A DNA stretch of 64,000 nt from Candidatus Dojkabacteria bacterium (GTDB taxonomy: Bacteria > Patescibacteriota > Dojkabacteria > JAFGLO01): positions 75,430-139,429 of the forward strand of contig JAFGLO010000015.1 in the NCBI GenBank assembly GCA_016927995.1. Reading direction: 5' to 3'. Shown one piece after another: positions 49,618 to 59,466 of this stretch. Positions within the stretch are counted from its first letter, which is position 1; each line of letters starts with the position of its first letter. The notes under the pieces were generated by a model. The model was given only the letters and a program-made list of their open reading frames with translations, did no database searches and was not told the origin of the DNA. A program made the position numbers and the translations under genes.

Positions 49618-50883
49618 GTGGATAAACGATTTTTTGTTCCTGGGCATAGATTGGGATTATCTATTGCTGAAGTAGTTAACCATTTGTCCGTACATAAGGC
49701 AGAATTTGATCTTACTACTATTAACGATGATTTTTTCATTATTGAATCCGATTTTAAAAAGTGTAATATTGAACGGCTTGGGGGAATTGTAAAGTCAGGC
49801 AAGATTCTTGAAGTTTTCGATATAAAGGATTTTTCACAAGATATTCTTATTTCAACTTTGATCAAAAGTATAGTTAAAAACAAGAAAGATAAGCTTTCGG
49901 TTATCTTAAATTTTAGAGGGAATGTAAGAAACCTACGAATTAGCAAGAAAAATGTTTTAATGGGGCTTAAGCAGACTTTACGAGCGGAAGGTATTGCACT
50001 TAGGTTTCCGGGAGACATGAACTCACTCGTAAGTTCGGCCGTTGTTTTTGACAAGAAAATAAAAGGCAAAGGACTAGAGTTTGAGGTACTTGCCGACTCT
50101 ACTTATGTTTACATTGGATCTACGGATTGGGTTCAAGATTACGAAGAGTTTAGAGAACGTGATTACGATAAGCCATTTTTTGATAAAGAGGCGGGAATGC
50201 TTCCGCCTAAGCTTGCTCGAATAATGGTAAATCTTGCCGACACAGGCAAAACAAAGGTAGTTTGGGATCCATTTTGCGGTAGTGGGGCTGTACTTATGGA
50301 GGCACTTGATCTTGGATATCACCTTATCGGTACGGACATAAGTGATAGGGCCATAAAAAACACAAAGGGTAACATTGATTGGCTAATGAATCGGCTTGAT
50401 GAGTCGGGTCATTATGCCGGGGATAAGTCTGGTCAGTTTGTGTTTTTAAAGCAGAATGTAATTGTGGGTATACATAAAGTGTACAAGGAGCTGGGAATCG
50501 AGATCAATTCAAATATCGCTTTCGTAACGGAGCCTTATTTAGGTCCGCCGGTACTAAGAGTTTTGGAAACGGAAAAAGCCGCAAAGATTATTAAAAATGT
50601 ACACAATATTTATATAGACTTTTTAAACAAAGTTGAATACATTGATAGGCAGTTGGGAAAGCCGATAGATTCGATAGTCATGGTGGTTCCCGAATATAAA
50701 ACCAGACTGGGCTGGATTCCGCTCCATCTGAGTAAGGAGCTTAAGATGCTTGGACGAATAGGTTTTTCTTCCCCTAGGTGGTTTAGTTATCTTTCAAAAA
50801 AGATTCCTAACTTTGATATGTATTGGTTTAGAGAAGAAAGTCTAATAAGAAGAAAAATATTAGTTCTGCACAAGGAAAGATGA
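49618..50883 (+). CDS. SAM-dependent RNA methyltransferase (Trm11/TrmG10-like)
   Basis: GMLPPKLARIMVNL, WDPFCGSG, TEPYLG. Confidence 0.75.
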   Translation: MDKRFFVPGHRLGLSIAEVVNHLSVHKAEFDLTTINDDFFIIESDFKKCNIERLGGIVKSGKILEVFDIKDFSQDILISTLIKSIVKNKKDKLSVILNFRGNVRNLRISKKNVLMGLKQTLRAEGIALRFPGDMNSLVSSAVVFDKKIKGKGLEFEVLADSTYVYIGSTDWVQDYEEFRERDYDKPFFDKEAGMLPPKLARIMVNLADTGKTKVVWDPFCGSGAVLMEALDLGYHLIGTDISDRAIKNTKGNIDWLMNRLDESGHYAGDKSGQFVFLKQNVIVGIHKVYKELGIEINSNIAFVTEPYLGPPVLRVLETEKAAKIIKNVHNIYIDFLNKVEYIDRQLGKPIDSIVMVVPEYKTRLGWIPLHLSKELKMLGRIGFSSPRWFSYLSKKIPNFDMYWFREESLIRRKILVLHKER

Positions 50884-51665
50884 GCTTTAAGCTATTTAAG
50901 CTTCCATCCTACAATGTGATTATAGGAAAAGAGCGGGAGATAATTGATTATTTAGTAAACGATAACGAATTTAAAGCAATAAGCTACCTTAACGTAAATA
51001 CATTTATTGAGCTTAAGGAAACTTTTACAAGGGTCGAACTCTCAATGTTTAAATTTCTTGTTGATGGTAAATATGTAGATTTTGTACTAAATCTTTTCTT
51101 TGGAGCGGAGAATACGCAGGTTATGAGTTTTACATATATTTATAAAAGTTTTTTTGCGGAATGCGAGAAAGCTGCAAAATCCATTTATCTTGTGGGCGGA
51201 ACCGATGAAGTTATAAAAAAGACGGTAGACTATTTAAAAGATACTTTTCCAAATCTTATAATTGCCGGATATGCACCCGCCTGGGTTGAAAATTTAAGGG
51301 AAGGGGCATCCGGAATGCCCGATCTTACACCTGTTGTGAACGATATAAGTACCAAGAAACCTGACTTTGTGGTTTTGTCTATGGGTGGTAAACAACACAA
51401 TCAGGAAAAATTTGTGCTTAAAAATATAGGGATGTTTAGAGCAAATACCAATGCCGTTTTTTGTGTTGGTGGACTGTTTAATAGGCTGGCCGGCAAAGAT
51501 TTAACTATCCCACGATGGGTTAATAGCCTGGGGCTTGAATGGTTAATTCGATTTTTGGTAAAGCCCGGCAAGATCATTAGAAGGATTTACGAGGGGTTAG
51601 GGTTTTTCAAAGTATTTTCAGAGGAATTAAACGAATTTAAAAATGAACAGGCTGGAAATAAGTAA
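50880..51665 (+). CDS. WecB/TagA/CpsF family glycosyltransferase
   Basis: IYLVGG, PDFVVLSMG...QE, VGGLF..LAG, LGLEWL.R. Confidence 0.9.
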   Translation: MSFKLFKLPSYNVIIGKEREIIDYLVNDNEFKAISYLNVNTFIELKETFTRVELSMFKFLVDGKYVDFVLNLFFGAENTQVMSFTYIYKSFFAECEKAAKSIYLVGGTDEVIKKTVDYLKDTFPNLIIAGYAPAWVENLREGASGMPDLTPVVNDISTKKPDFVVLSMGGKQHNQEKFVLKNIGMFRANTNAVFCVGGLFNRLAGKDLTIPRWVNSLGLEWLIRFLVKPGKIIRRIYEGLGFFKVFSEELNEFKNEQAGNK

Positions 51666-52500
51666 CTTTAATCCCGATTTAACACTTTTGGGTGGCCAGG
51701 GGCTTACCTGGGAGTACGACAAAACAGCCAAGGTTTATTATGGTGTCACAAGCCAGAATGTAATTGAACTTAAAAAGTACGGCAAAGACTTTCTCTGGCA
51801 GACATATCCCAATCTTGACGATTATGAGTTTATTCGTAAATATTTTCGGCTGGACCTTCCTTATCGAGAAATAATTGATCAGATAGCTGTAGACTCGCTT
51901 ACAAAGTCGGCAGTTTCATCACTTTCAGGCTTAAGGCTTATATCACAACCGTTTGCCGATACGGTAATTATGTTTATTTCAAGTACCAATCGCAACATCC
52001 CATTGATCAAACAAAGTATACGTTTGTTGTATACCGATATTGGACAACGGGTAGAAACGCCAACGGGTAATCGATATTTGTTTCCTGATCCGGCAGGCAT
52101 TGCCGATTTGGAGCTTGATAGGCTTTTTTCTTATAAATTAGGTTACAGGGCACCTTTTATTAAAGAAGCAGCGCAAAGACTTTTGGATGTAAATTATCAG
52201 ATTGGTAAATCAAAAGTTAGTAAAATAAAAAATAAAAGCTTCGAGGCCGAGACGCGGTCTAAGCTATTAAGGCTTCCCGGGGTAGGTCCTAAAGTTGCCG
52301 ACTGTATAATGTCTTTTTCGTTAGGATTTGATGATATTATTCCACAGGATGTATGGATGCGAAGAATCTTTGGTGAACGATACGACATATCACCTACGGC
52401 AAAATATCAAGAAGTTGTTGATTGGTACAGAAATTATTGGGGTAAATATGCCGCTTGGGCAGGGCAATTTCTTTTTGAATTTTTAAGGAAACCGCATTGA
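51643..52500 (+). CDS. 8-oxoguanine DNA glycosylase (OGG1-like, HhH-GPD)
   Basis: TL..GQ..W, S.N.NI, LGYRA, LPGVGPKVADC, P.DVW, AWAGQFLF. Confidence 0.88.
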   Translation: MNRLEISNFNPDLTLLGGQGLTWEYDKTAKVYYGVTSQNVIELKKYGKDFLWQTYPNLDDYEFIRKYFRLDLPYREIIDQIAVDSLTKSAVSSLSGLRLISQPFADTVIMFISSTNRNIPLIKQSIRLLYTDIGQRVETPTGNRYLFPDPAGIADLELDRLFSYKLGYRAPFIKEAAQRLLDVNYQIGKSKVSKIKNKSFEAETRSKLLRLPGVGPKVADCIMSFSLGFDDIIPQDVWMRRIFGERYDISPTAKYQEVVDWYRNYWGKYAAWAGQFLFEFLRKPH

Positions 52501-52555
52501 CTGGACTCCTTAATATTGATACCATAATGATCTGATTACTTTATAAAGAGCAAAA

Positions 52556-55500
52556 GTGGTTATTACGGCAATCGCAATTATAGCTGGACTAATATTGGTT
52601 TTTAGTTTGTTTAATCCCTTAATTGTTAAGCTTGGAATAAGAAATGTTTTTAGAAGATTTGGAAACACAATATTAATAATAATCGGATCCATGGTGGGAA
52701 CGGCTCTAATAACGGGCTCACTTGTGCTTTCATTTTCGCTTGATAAAACCCTTTCGGGTGTTGTTATAAACCAGGTGGGAGAAAATGATGTTGTGCTTTC
52801 TGTAAAAAATCTTGGACTAAGTGAAGAGCTAATTGATGGAATAAATCAAGAAAAATATGATCAGCTTGCTGCACAGTTTAATACCGATGAGTACGACGGG
52901 TTTGTAGGAGCAATCGAGCTTGATGTTTCTCCCGCAAAGCTTGAAAACGGTGAACCTGCAATAAAAGCGTATAACTCAACGCTAATAGGAATCGAGCTTC
53001 CGGAACTTTCCGATTGGGGTTCGGAGTTTGATTTTCCTGATATTGTGCTTACGGGTTCTACTATTGCGGTTTCGGAGTCATTTGCAAAAAATACCGATGC
53101 CAAAGTGGGAGACCAATTACTGTTGTCATTTTTTGGTAACGAGACTACATTCGATATAGGTTCAATAATTCCGGAAAACGGAATTTTAAAGCATAACTCG
53201 TTTTGGGTTTCAAGAGAGTATGTTCAGGATCTACTTGGATATGAAAATGACATATACAACAGAATTTATCTTTCTGTTGCGGGTGGATTCGAGCCTAAAG
53301 ACTATGATGGGGCAAAGGTAAAAACTGATGTAGAAAGTAAAATTGATGAACTTTCATGGGATACAGTTAAAGTTATTGTTGGTGAACGAAAAAGCGATGC
53401 ACTCGACGGATATGGAGCAGGAGTTTTTGCCGATATGTTCTTGATTTTAAGTATGTTCGGAGTTCTGGCCGGAATTATTCTTTTGGTAAATATATTTGCA
53501 ATGCTTGCAGATGAGCGAAAAACAGAACTTGGTATTTTAAGAGCTATTGCATTAACAAGGTCAAAATTGACTCTAATATTTGGGTATGAATCTATCATAT
53601 ATTCTTTCTTTTCTGCAATAGTAGGGATGTGTTTCGGAATTGGTGTAGGATATGTGATAATTGCATTCCTAAATCGGCTTATTTCAGGAATTGGTGGAAT
53701 GGGTCGTATGGCCGGTTCCTTTACACTTGCCTTTGGATTTGATCATAATACAATTTTAACGGGATTTCTGGTCGGATTTCTAATAACAGTAGTAACTTCT
53801 TTTATACTTAGTGCCGGAATAAGTCGGCTTAATATTGTTGAGGCAATAAGAAAAATAAAACCCAGAGAAAAATTCAAGTTTAATGCTTGGGTAATACTTA
53901 AGCTTACCGGCTATTTCTTATTAACGGGTTCCGGAATTGGGTTAATTGGAATTTCTCAAAAGGCGCAGGCAATTTTTGATAGGCTAATCTCCGGGGAAAT
54001 TCCCAACTTCCCGGAGCTTTCCGAAACAATGTTCACTAAAATGGTGCGACTTACCGAAGGTATGGGACTTTATTTCGGAATAATGATGGCTCTAATAGGT
54101 TTTACACTTATTGTAGACAATGTACTTAAATACATTTTTAAGAAGGATTTTGGAAAGCATGTTTTTATTGTTGCAGCAATTGCTTCTATTTTGTTTAATA
54201 CGTTTATTGACAAGTTTCATGCAATCGGAGAGATTCTTGACTATACCGAGGGTGTAGTAATTTTCTTTTCAAATGGGCTTGCGTTGGTAGTATCAGCAAC
54301 TATTGTTATTGCATTTAATTTTGACTTGATTGCAAAACTTGCAAGCTTTATTGTATCAAAATTTTCGCGGCTTAGAGCACTTGTAAACATAAGTTTTAGG
54401 TATCCCGGTATTCATATAAAGCGTACGGCATTAACAATGATTATGTTTGGAATTATAATATATCTCGTGGTTTTTATAGGACTTGTTCGTGCAACGGTAG
54501 CGGAAGAGTTGGATAAAGCAACAAGGGAAATATTAGGAGAATACTCGTTGTCAATCAATACCCAACCATTTATAACAGAGGCGGATCTTACAGAAATAGA
54601 GTCTACCGTTATATCAAATGAAGGTATTGAGCGAGCCGATTGGGTTCGAGGTCTTTCCGTAAGAATGATAGGTTATTCAGGGAAGGGGATGTCTGTAAGT
54701 ACATCCGGGATGAGTATGGCTCCTACCGATGCAAAGTATAGGGAAGATTTCATTTCAGCTTTTCCTTATCAGTACTTAAGTTCGTTTGAAGCGGATTTTG
54801 AACAGATTCTAGATGGTTATTCAGAAGATCAAATTTGGCAACTTATCGACTCAGATCCTTCAAAAATTGTTCTTGGAATGGATTATTCGGAGAACTTTGC
54901 ATATCCATCACCCGAGAAAATAAATGTGGGTGATAAATTTACAATTACCGATTCATTTGGTGAATTCCCGTGGGAAGTCGAAGTTGTCGGGATTTTAAAA
55001 GATAACAATAGAATTTCCGGCTCATCGAACTTTGGAATAATTGTCGGTTCATCCTTTTATAACGAAGTATTTAGTAAAGATATTTGGCTTAAATACGGAT
55101 ATAATCAGCTCCTGGTTAAAATTTCAGATGATGCTGAATTTGATAAGGTTGCTAATGGGGTTAACAGAACTTTAATAAAACTTCCTGTTAGTTCAATTAC
55201 AAATATAGCCGATGTGCTTGTAAGTATACAATCCGTATACAACTCGATTATGTATTTGTTTCAGGGCTTTTTAGCCTTTAATCTTTTGGTAGGGTCGTCG
55301 GGACTGGCTATAATGACGGTTAGATCGGTACAGGAACGGAAGCAGCAAATAGGCATGTTGCGAGCACTTGGATTTGGACGAAGCGATATTCTTTTCATTT
55401 TCTTCATTGAGATATCTTTTGTTGCTATTAGTAGCATTGCTGTGGGGCTTTCTATGGGTGTTATCGGTGCTTTAAATGCATTTAAGGCAGCCTATGCTAA

Positions 55501-55648
55501 TCAACCGGACATTTCTCCGGTATTTCCTAGGCTTGAGATTGCACTCGTTGTGATTGGTGTTTATTTGATTTCTATACTTTTATCCCTAAGACCGGCAATT
55601 AATGCCTCAAAACTTGAACCAGTGGAGGCAACTAATTATCCCGAATAA
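52556..55648 (+). CDS. FtsX/MacB-like ABC permease with duplicated domains
   Basis: ERKTELGILRAIA and ERKQQIGMLRALG repeats. Confidence 0.88.
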   Translation: MVITAIAIIAGLILVFSLFNPLIVKLGIRNVFRRFGNTILIIIGSMVGTALITGSLVLSFSLDKTLSGVVINQVGENDVVLSVKNLGLSEELIDGINQEKYDQLAAQFNTDEYDGFVGAIELDVSPAKLENGEPAIKAYNSTLIGIELPELSDWGSEFDFPDIVLTGSTIAVSESFAKNTDAKVGDQLLLSFFGNETTFDIGSIIPENGILKHNSFWVSREYVQDLLGYENDIYNRIYLSVAGGFEPKDYDGAKVKTDVESKIDELSWDTVKVIVGERKSDALDGYGAGVFADMFLILSMFGVLAGIILLVNIFAMLADERKTELGILRAIALTRSKLTLIFGYESIIYSFFSAIVGMCFGIGVGYVIIAFLNRLISGIGGMGRMAGSFTLAFGFDHNTILTGFLVGFLITVVTSFILSAGISRLNIVEAIRKIKPREKFKFNAWVILKLTGYFLLTGSGIGLIGISQKAQAIFDRLISGEIPNFPELSETMFTKMVRLTEGMGLYFGIMMALIGFTLIVDNVLKYIFKKDFGKHVFIVAAIASILFNTFIDKFHAIGEILDYTEGVVIFFSNGLALVVSATIVIAFNFDLIAKLASFIVSKFSRLRALVNISFRYPGIHIKRTALTMIMFGIIIYLVVFIGLVRATVAEELDKATREILGEYSLSINTQPFITEADLTEIESTVISNEGIERADWVRGLSVRMIGYSGKGMSVSTSGMSMAPTDAKYREDFISAFPYQYLSSFEADFEQILDGYSEDQIWQLIDSDPSKIVLGMDYSENFAYPSPEKINVGDKFTITDSFGEFPWEVEVVGILKDNNRISGSSNFGIIVGSSFYNEVFSKDIWLKYGYNQLLVKISDDAEFDKVANGVNRTLIKLPVSSITNIADVLVSIQSVYNSIMYLFQGFLAFNLLVGSSGLAIMTVRSVQERKQQIGMLRALGFGRSDILFIFFIEISFVAISSIAVGLSMGVIGALNAFKAAYANQPDISPVFPRLEIALVVIGVYLISILLSLRPAINASKLEPVEATNYPE

Positions 55649-55664
55649 ATTCATATATATAAAT

Positions 55665-56342
55665 ATGGCAAAAGACATACTTCGTGCAAAAAATGTATAC
55701 AAAATATACGAGGAAGGGCGTGAAACAGAGGTTCGAGCACTTGACGGACTTTCATTGACTGTATTTGAGGGCGAAATTGTTGCAGTAATGGGTCCATCGG
55801 GATCAGGGAAAACTACGTTACTTAACTGCTTTTCAGGAATAGATAGTGCCACAAGGGGTGAGATTGTTATAGATGGGCAGGATATTCAAAAATTAAGTGA
55901 TCGTAAAAAGACACTTTACAGGGCAAAAAAAATGGGATTTATATTTCAGTCGTTTAACCTTATTCCTGTTCTAACGGCGCTTGAAAACGTTGAATTACCG
56001 CTACTTGTTAATGGCGTACCAAAGGCTGAGGCAAGAGAGCGTGCAATTACAATTTTAAACCGAGTTGGACTTTCCGATAGGTTGGCACATACACCTAATG
56101 AGCTTTCGGGTGGTCAAAAACAGAGGGTTACTGTTGCAAGGGCGCTCGCTCACAAGCCTAGTATAGTTTGGGCCGACGAGCCTACTGGTAACCTTGATTC
56201 GCATACTGCCGATTCGGTAATGGAATTAATTTCTGAGCTTCAGAAGGAAAATAATGCAACCTTTGTACTTGTTACCCACGATGAAAAAATTGCCAAAAAG
56301 GCAGATAGAATTGTACGTCTAATGGATGGGAAAATTAAATAA
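55665..56342 (+). CDS. LolD-like ABC ATP-binding protein
   Basis: GPSGSGKTT, GFIFQSFNL, LSGGQKQRV, ADEPTGNLD, VTHD. Confidence 0.95.
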   Translation: MAKDILRAKNVYKIYEEGRETEVRALDGLSLTVFEGEIVAVMGPSGSGKTTLLNCFSGIDSATRGEIVIDGQDIQKLSDRKKTLYRAKKMGFIFQSFNLIPVLTALENVELPLLVNGVPKAEARERAITILNRVGLSDRLAHTPNELSGGQKQRVTVARALAHKPSIVWADEPTGNLDSHTADSVMELISELQKENNATFVLVTHDEKIAKKADRIVRLMDGKIK

Positions 56343-56351
56343 TATCAAATT

Positions 56352-56376
56352 GTAGGGGCGGGTTTATAACCTGCCC
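56352..56376 (+). repeat. REP-type palindrome (GTAG-foot hairpin), possibly also acting as a terminator
   Basis: GTAG-GGGCGGGTT-TAT-AACCTGCCC, 9 nt after the ATPase stop. Confidence 0.6.
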
Positions 56377-56450
56377 GACTTGTAATTTCCCAGCCTTGTC
56401 AAATTTCATTATTCTTTGTATATTGGAGTATCTAAGATTTTTTTACATTC

Positions 56451-57347
56451 ATGGACAAAAAGAAGATTCTAATTATTGTTGCTGTGCTTGTGGCGGTGTT
56501 GCTACTTATTAGCTGCTCCTGCAGTGGTATTCTTATTTGGAAATGGAATGACCTTAAAGACTGGGTAGAAAGTCTTAGTGAAAAATCGGAAGATAATAAT
56601 TCTCAAACGGAGGAAAATGATGATGAAGAAGATGCCGAAGAAGATGATGATAATTTGGTATACGGAACCTACGAAATAGTCGTCGATTCGACGTATGAAG
56701 ACGAGGATGAATGGGATGATGTAAATTTCTGCACAATGGAAAACGAAATTCCTGAACTAACTCTACTTTTGGACGGGGGGGAAGTTTCGTCGGATAATAT
56801 CGATGATATAAACCAAGAATTTGAGGCTTTGTTTACTGCAGAAGGTTTTTGTGAAGATGTACTAGATTCTAATTCCGATTATCCTTCCGGTGATCTTTAT
56901 TTTGAGGGGTATTACGAGATTGGTTTAAATCAGTATCCTTTTGTAAGTATAGTCTACTACTCCTCAAGTTATACTGGTGGTGCACATGGCAGCAATATTG
57001 CCAAGGCAGCTACATTTAATGTTTTAACCGGTAATAGGCTTAATCTTTCCGACCTGTTTACCGACGATGGCTCAAATGATTGGGAAGAAGTCTTATGGAC
57101 TGGTGTTAAAACTGTTACTCTTGATGAATGGGAGGGTTATCTTTATGAGGATACATTTTCCGGTCAAACAGAACCTCCTTCCGGTCAGATTTGGTATTTA
57201 ACCGATGAGTATATTGGTTTCATCTGGAATGAATATGATATTGCGCCTTATGCTGCTGGCATGATTTATGTGGAAATTCCGTTTGACGCCGACTTTCTTG
57301 AAGATATTATTAAGTCGGGTGGTCCGATTGGGGTGCTTGTGGAGTAG
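56451..57347 (+). CDS. DUF3298/RsiV-like acidic membrane-anchored protein
   Basis: YTGGAHG, TG..L.LSDLF, YDIAPYAAG. Confidence 0.85.
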   Translation: MDKKKILIIVAVLVAVLLLISCSCSGILIWKWNDLKDWVESLSEKSEDNNSQTEENDDEEDAEEDDDNLVYGTYEIVVDSTYEDEDEWDDVNFCTMENEIPELTLLLDGGEVSSDNIDDINQEFEALFTAEGFCEDVLDSNSDYPSGDLYFEGYYEIGLNQYPFVSIVYYSSSYTGGAHGSNIAKAATFNVLTGNRLNLSDLFTDDGSNDWEEVLWTGVKTVTLDEWEGYLYEDTFSGQTEPPSGQIWYLTDEYIGFIWNEYDIAPYAAGMIYVEIPFDADFLEDIIKSGGPIGVLVE

Positions 57348-57848
57348 GGGGAGGAGGTTCTCTGGGGGGACATAGGCTATTAGTATCGAATGGTTCTACT
57401 ACATGGTCAACGCCGTTATCGTTTTCGTGGTGAACTTCTCTTATTATAAATCCTATTTGCCAACTGCGTCTACCTCTGTTGTGTGCCTCGAATATGTAAG
57501 CCGTGGGTTTTTCAATTGGTCCGGCGATTCCAAAAAAGTCTACTTCTATTACATCGAGTTGGGCTGTGTTTCTATTCATTAATGCTTCTATTGAGTCCGA
57601 ACAAGTGAAAGCAACATCCTGAACTTTTAGCTCTGGTTCATTACCTTTTTTTGGAATTTATTGAGTGCATAAGTAATTGCAAGTTCAGCCGCATAATAAG
57701 GCGGGTGAACTCCTTGACGTTTTTCTAAATCTAAACGTCTTTCACCTAGATCGGGTTCTTGTGGTAGGGTATCTTCTGGTTCAGGATGGGAAACCTGTGC
57801 TTCCTGTGTCTGTCTTCTACCTTCAAACAATCTCCTCAGGACGTTCAT
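57310..57848 (-). pseudogene. Hypothetical gene split by a -1 frameshift at an A7 run
   Basis: ORFs 57627..57848 and 57310..57579 join into 179 aa through a -1 shift at CAA AAA AAG (57645-57653). Confidence 0.5.
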
Positions 57849-57990
57849 TTCAATGTGGCGGCTTAGATTAATTAAACGCAGAATAAGTGATTATACCACC
57901 ATCATCTAAACGGCACATTACAGTTTCTATTGAAATAAGCTTGAGATATAATTCATTACTTAGATAATATATTTTATGTAGCACACAAAA

Positions 57991-58461
57991 ATGAAGAACA
58001 TTACAAAAATAGACACTTTTCTTATGAATGCTTGGGGATGGTCATTTCTTTACGCATTTATCTTGGTTAACGACCTCGTGGCCTATTTAGTAATCGGGTC
58101 AATAGATTTGCATTTTAATATTTGGAATTCGAATCTGATATCATACATTCTTAGTTTTATTGTGGGTTATGGTATTACATTCTTGGCTATGTATACTTTA
58201 GGTAGCAGAGGGCTTATGAAATCAAAACTTTATGAAGTTAAAGATTTTAAGCTTGCAACCTTTGAAGGAATAAAATTTGCTGATGCTTTTAGTGGATTTC
58301 TCATCTGTAGTCTTGTCGCTTTATTTATAAGAATTGTTTGGGGCGTAGAAATTAGTGAAGATGTTGTTAATTCAGCAGGATATTACTCGTACGCAATTGC
58401 AGGGCTTTCTTATGTGTTTGGGATTACAACGGTTATTAATCTTTTTAGAAAGAATTTTTAA
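57991..58461 (+). CDS. Membrane protein, hypothetical
   Basis: 156 aa, about 4 TM helices. Confidence 0.65.
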   Translation: MKNITKIDTFLMNAWGWSFLYAFILVNDLVAYLVIGSIDLHFNIWNSNLISYILSFIVGYGITFLAMYTLGSRGLMKSKLYEVKDFKLATFEGIKFADAFSGFLICSLVALFIRIVWGVEISEDVVNSAGYYSYAIAGLSYVFGITTVINLFRKNF

Positions 58462-58471
58462 CTTTACTGAC

Positions 58472-59404
58472 CTACACGGGATCTACATAGTAAACGATTT
58501 TACCTTCAAAGGTTTTAACTTTATATCTGCCCGGAGAAACCTCTTTAAGCCAATCAACAGGTACCTTTCCATATCCGCCGGGTAGATCTAAAACGTATGT
58601 TGGAATTGCAATTCCCGAAAGGTTGCCTCGAAGTGATTTGTAGAGCTTAAGCCCGGTTTTTATTGAAACTCTAAAGTGATGAGTACCTTTGGCTTTGTCC
58701 AGATGGTGAAGGTAGTAGGGCTTTATGCCTATCTGAACTAGGTTGGTAAACAGCATAGGAAGTGTCTTAAGAGTATCGTTTACACCCTTAAGTAGTACTG
58801 TCTGGCTTAGCATAAGGATTCCAAAAGATTGAAGTTTTTTTGTAAGCGTAATTGTTTTTTTACTGATTTCTCTTGGATGGTTTACATGAACCACTATAAT
58901 TACCTGTTTTTTCCGCTGAATTTTAGCAAGTTTAGCTATGACGCCTGCTGTTATTAGCTTTGGTGCTGCCACAGGGACGCGTGTATGAATTCGTACAAGC
59001 TTTACTGTGTTTTGTGCATTTAAGGTGGATAGATATGAAAATAAAGCGGGTAGATCAGCTAAAGGGTCGCCACCTGATAAAATTACCTCGTTAACTTCTT
59101 GATGTTTTGACAAATAGGCTTTCACTTTTTTAGGGTCGGTATGCGTGCTTTCTAAATTATGTTTTCTAAAGCAGAATCTACAATGAATCGCGCATTTATC
59201 TGTTGTAAGTAGAAGAATGCGATTTGGGTATCTGTGAATAAGTCCGGGAATAGGGGACTTAAAATTATCTCCGATAGGGTCGGTCAACTCGTATGGTTTA
59301 ATATTGCGCTCGTGCTTGCTTGGTACAGCCATTAGTCTAAGTGGATCATTAGGATTGGTAGGATCAATAAGCGACGAATAGTGTTTAGGGATTAGTGGTT
59401 TCAT
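58472..59404 (-). CDS. KamA/EpmB family radical SAM protein (lysine 2,3-aminomutase-like)
   Basis: GLIHRYP, CAIHCRFCFR, ILSGGDPL, HTR.P, HVNHPRE, QTVLLKGVND, PYYLH, GGYGKVP. Confidence 0.92.
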   Translation of the reverse strand: MKPLIPKHYSSLIDPTNPNDPLRLMAVPSKHERNIKPYELTDPIGDNFKSPIPGLIHRYPNRILLLTTDKCAIHCRFCFRKHNLESTHTDPKKVKAYLSKHQEVNEVILSGGDPLADLPALFSYLSTLNAQNTVKLVRIHTRVPVAAPKLITAGVIAKLAKIQRKKQVIIVVHVNHPREISKKTITLTKKLQSFGILMLSQTVLLKGVNDTLKTLPMLFTNLVQIGIKPYYLHHLDKAKGTHHFRVSIKTGLKLYKSLRGNLSGIAIPTYVLDLPGGYGKVPVDWLKEVSPGRYKVKTFEGKIVYYVDPV

Positions 59405-59466
59405 ACGCGGCGATTATATCACGCTCTTTGGGTTTGCAAATAAATAGGATATAATTACGCGTAATA

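Noticed and set aside
49155-50322. Antisense ORFs over rplU and the methyltransferase (also many over ribosomal genes)
   Set aside because: Shadow frames of well-supported + strand genes
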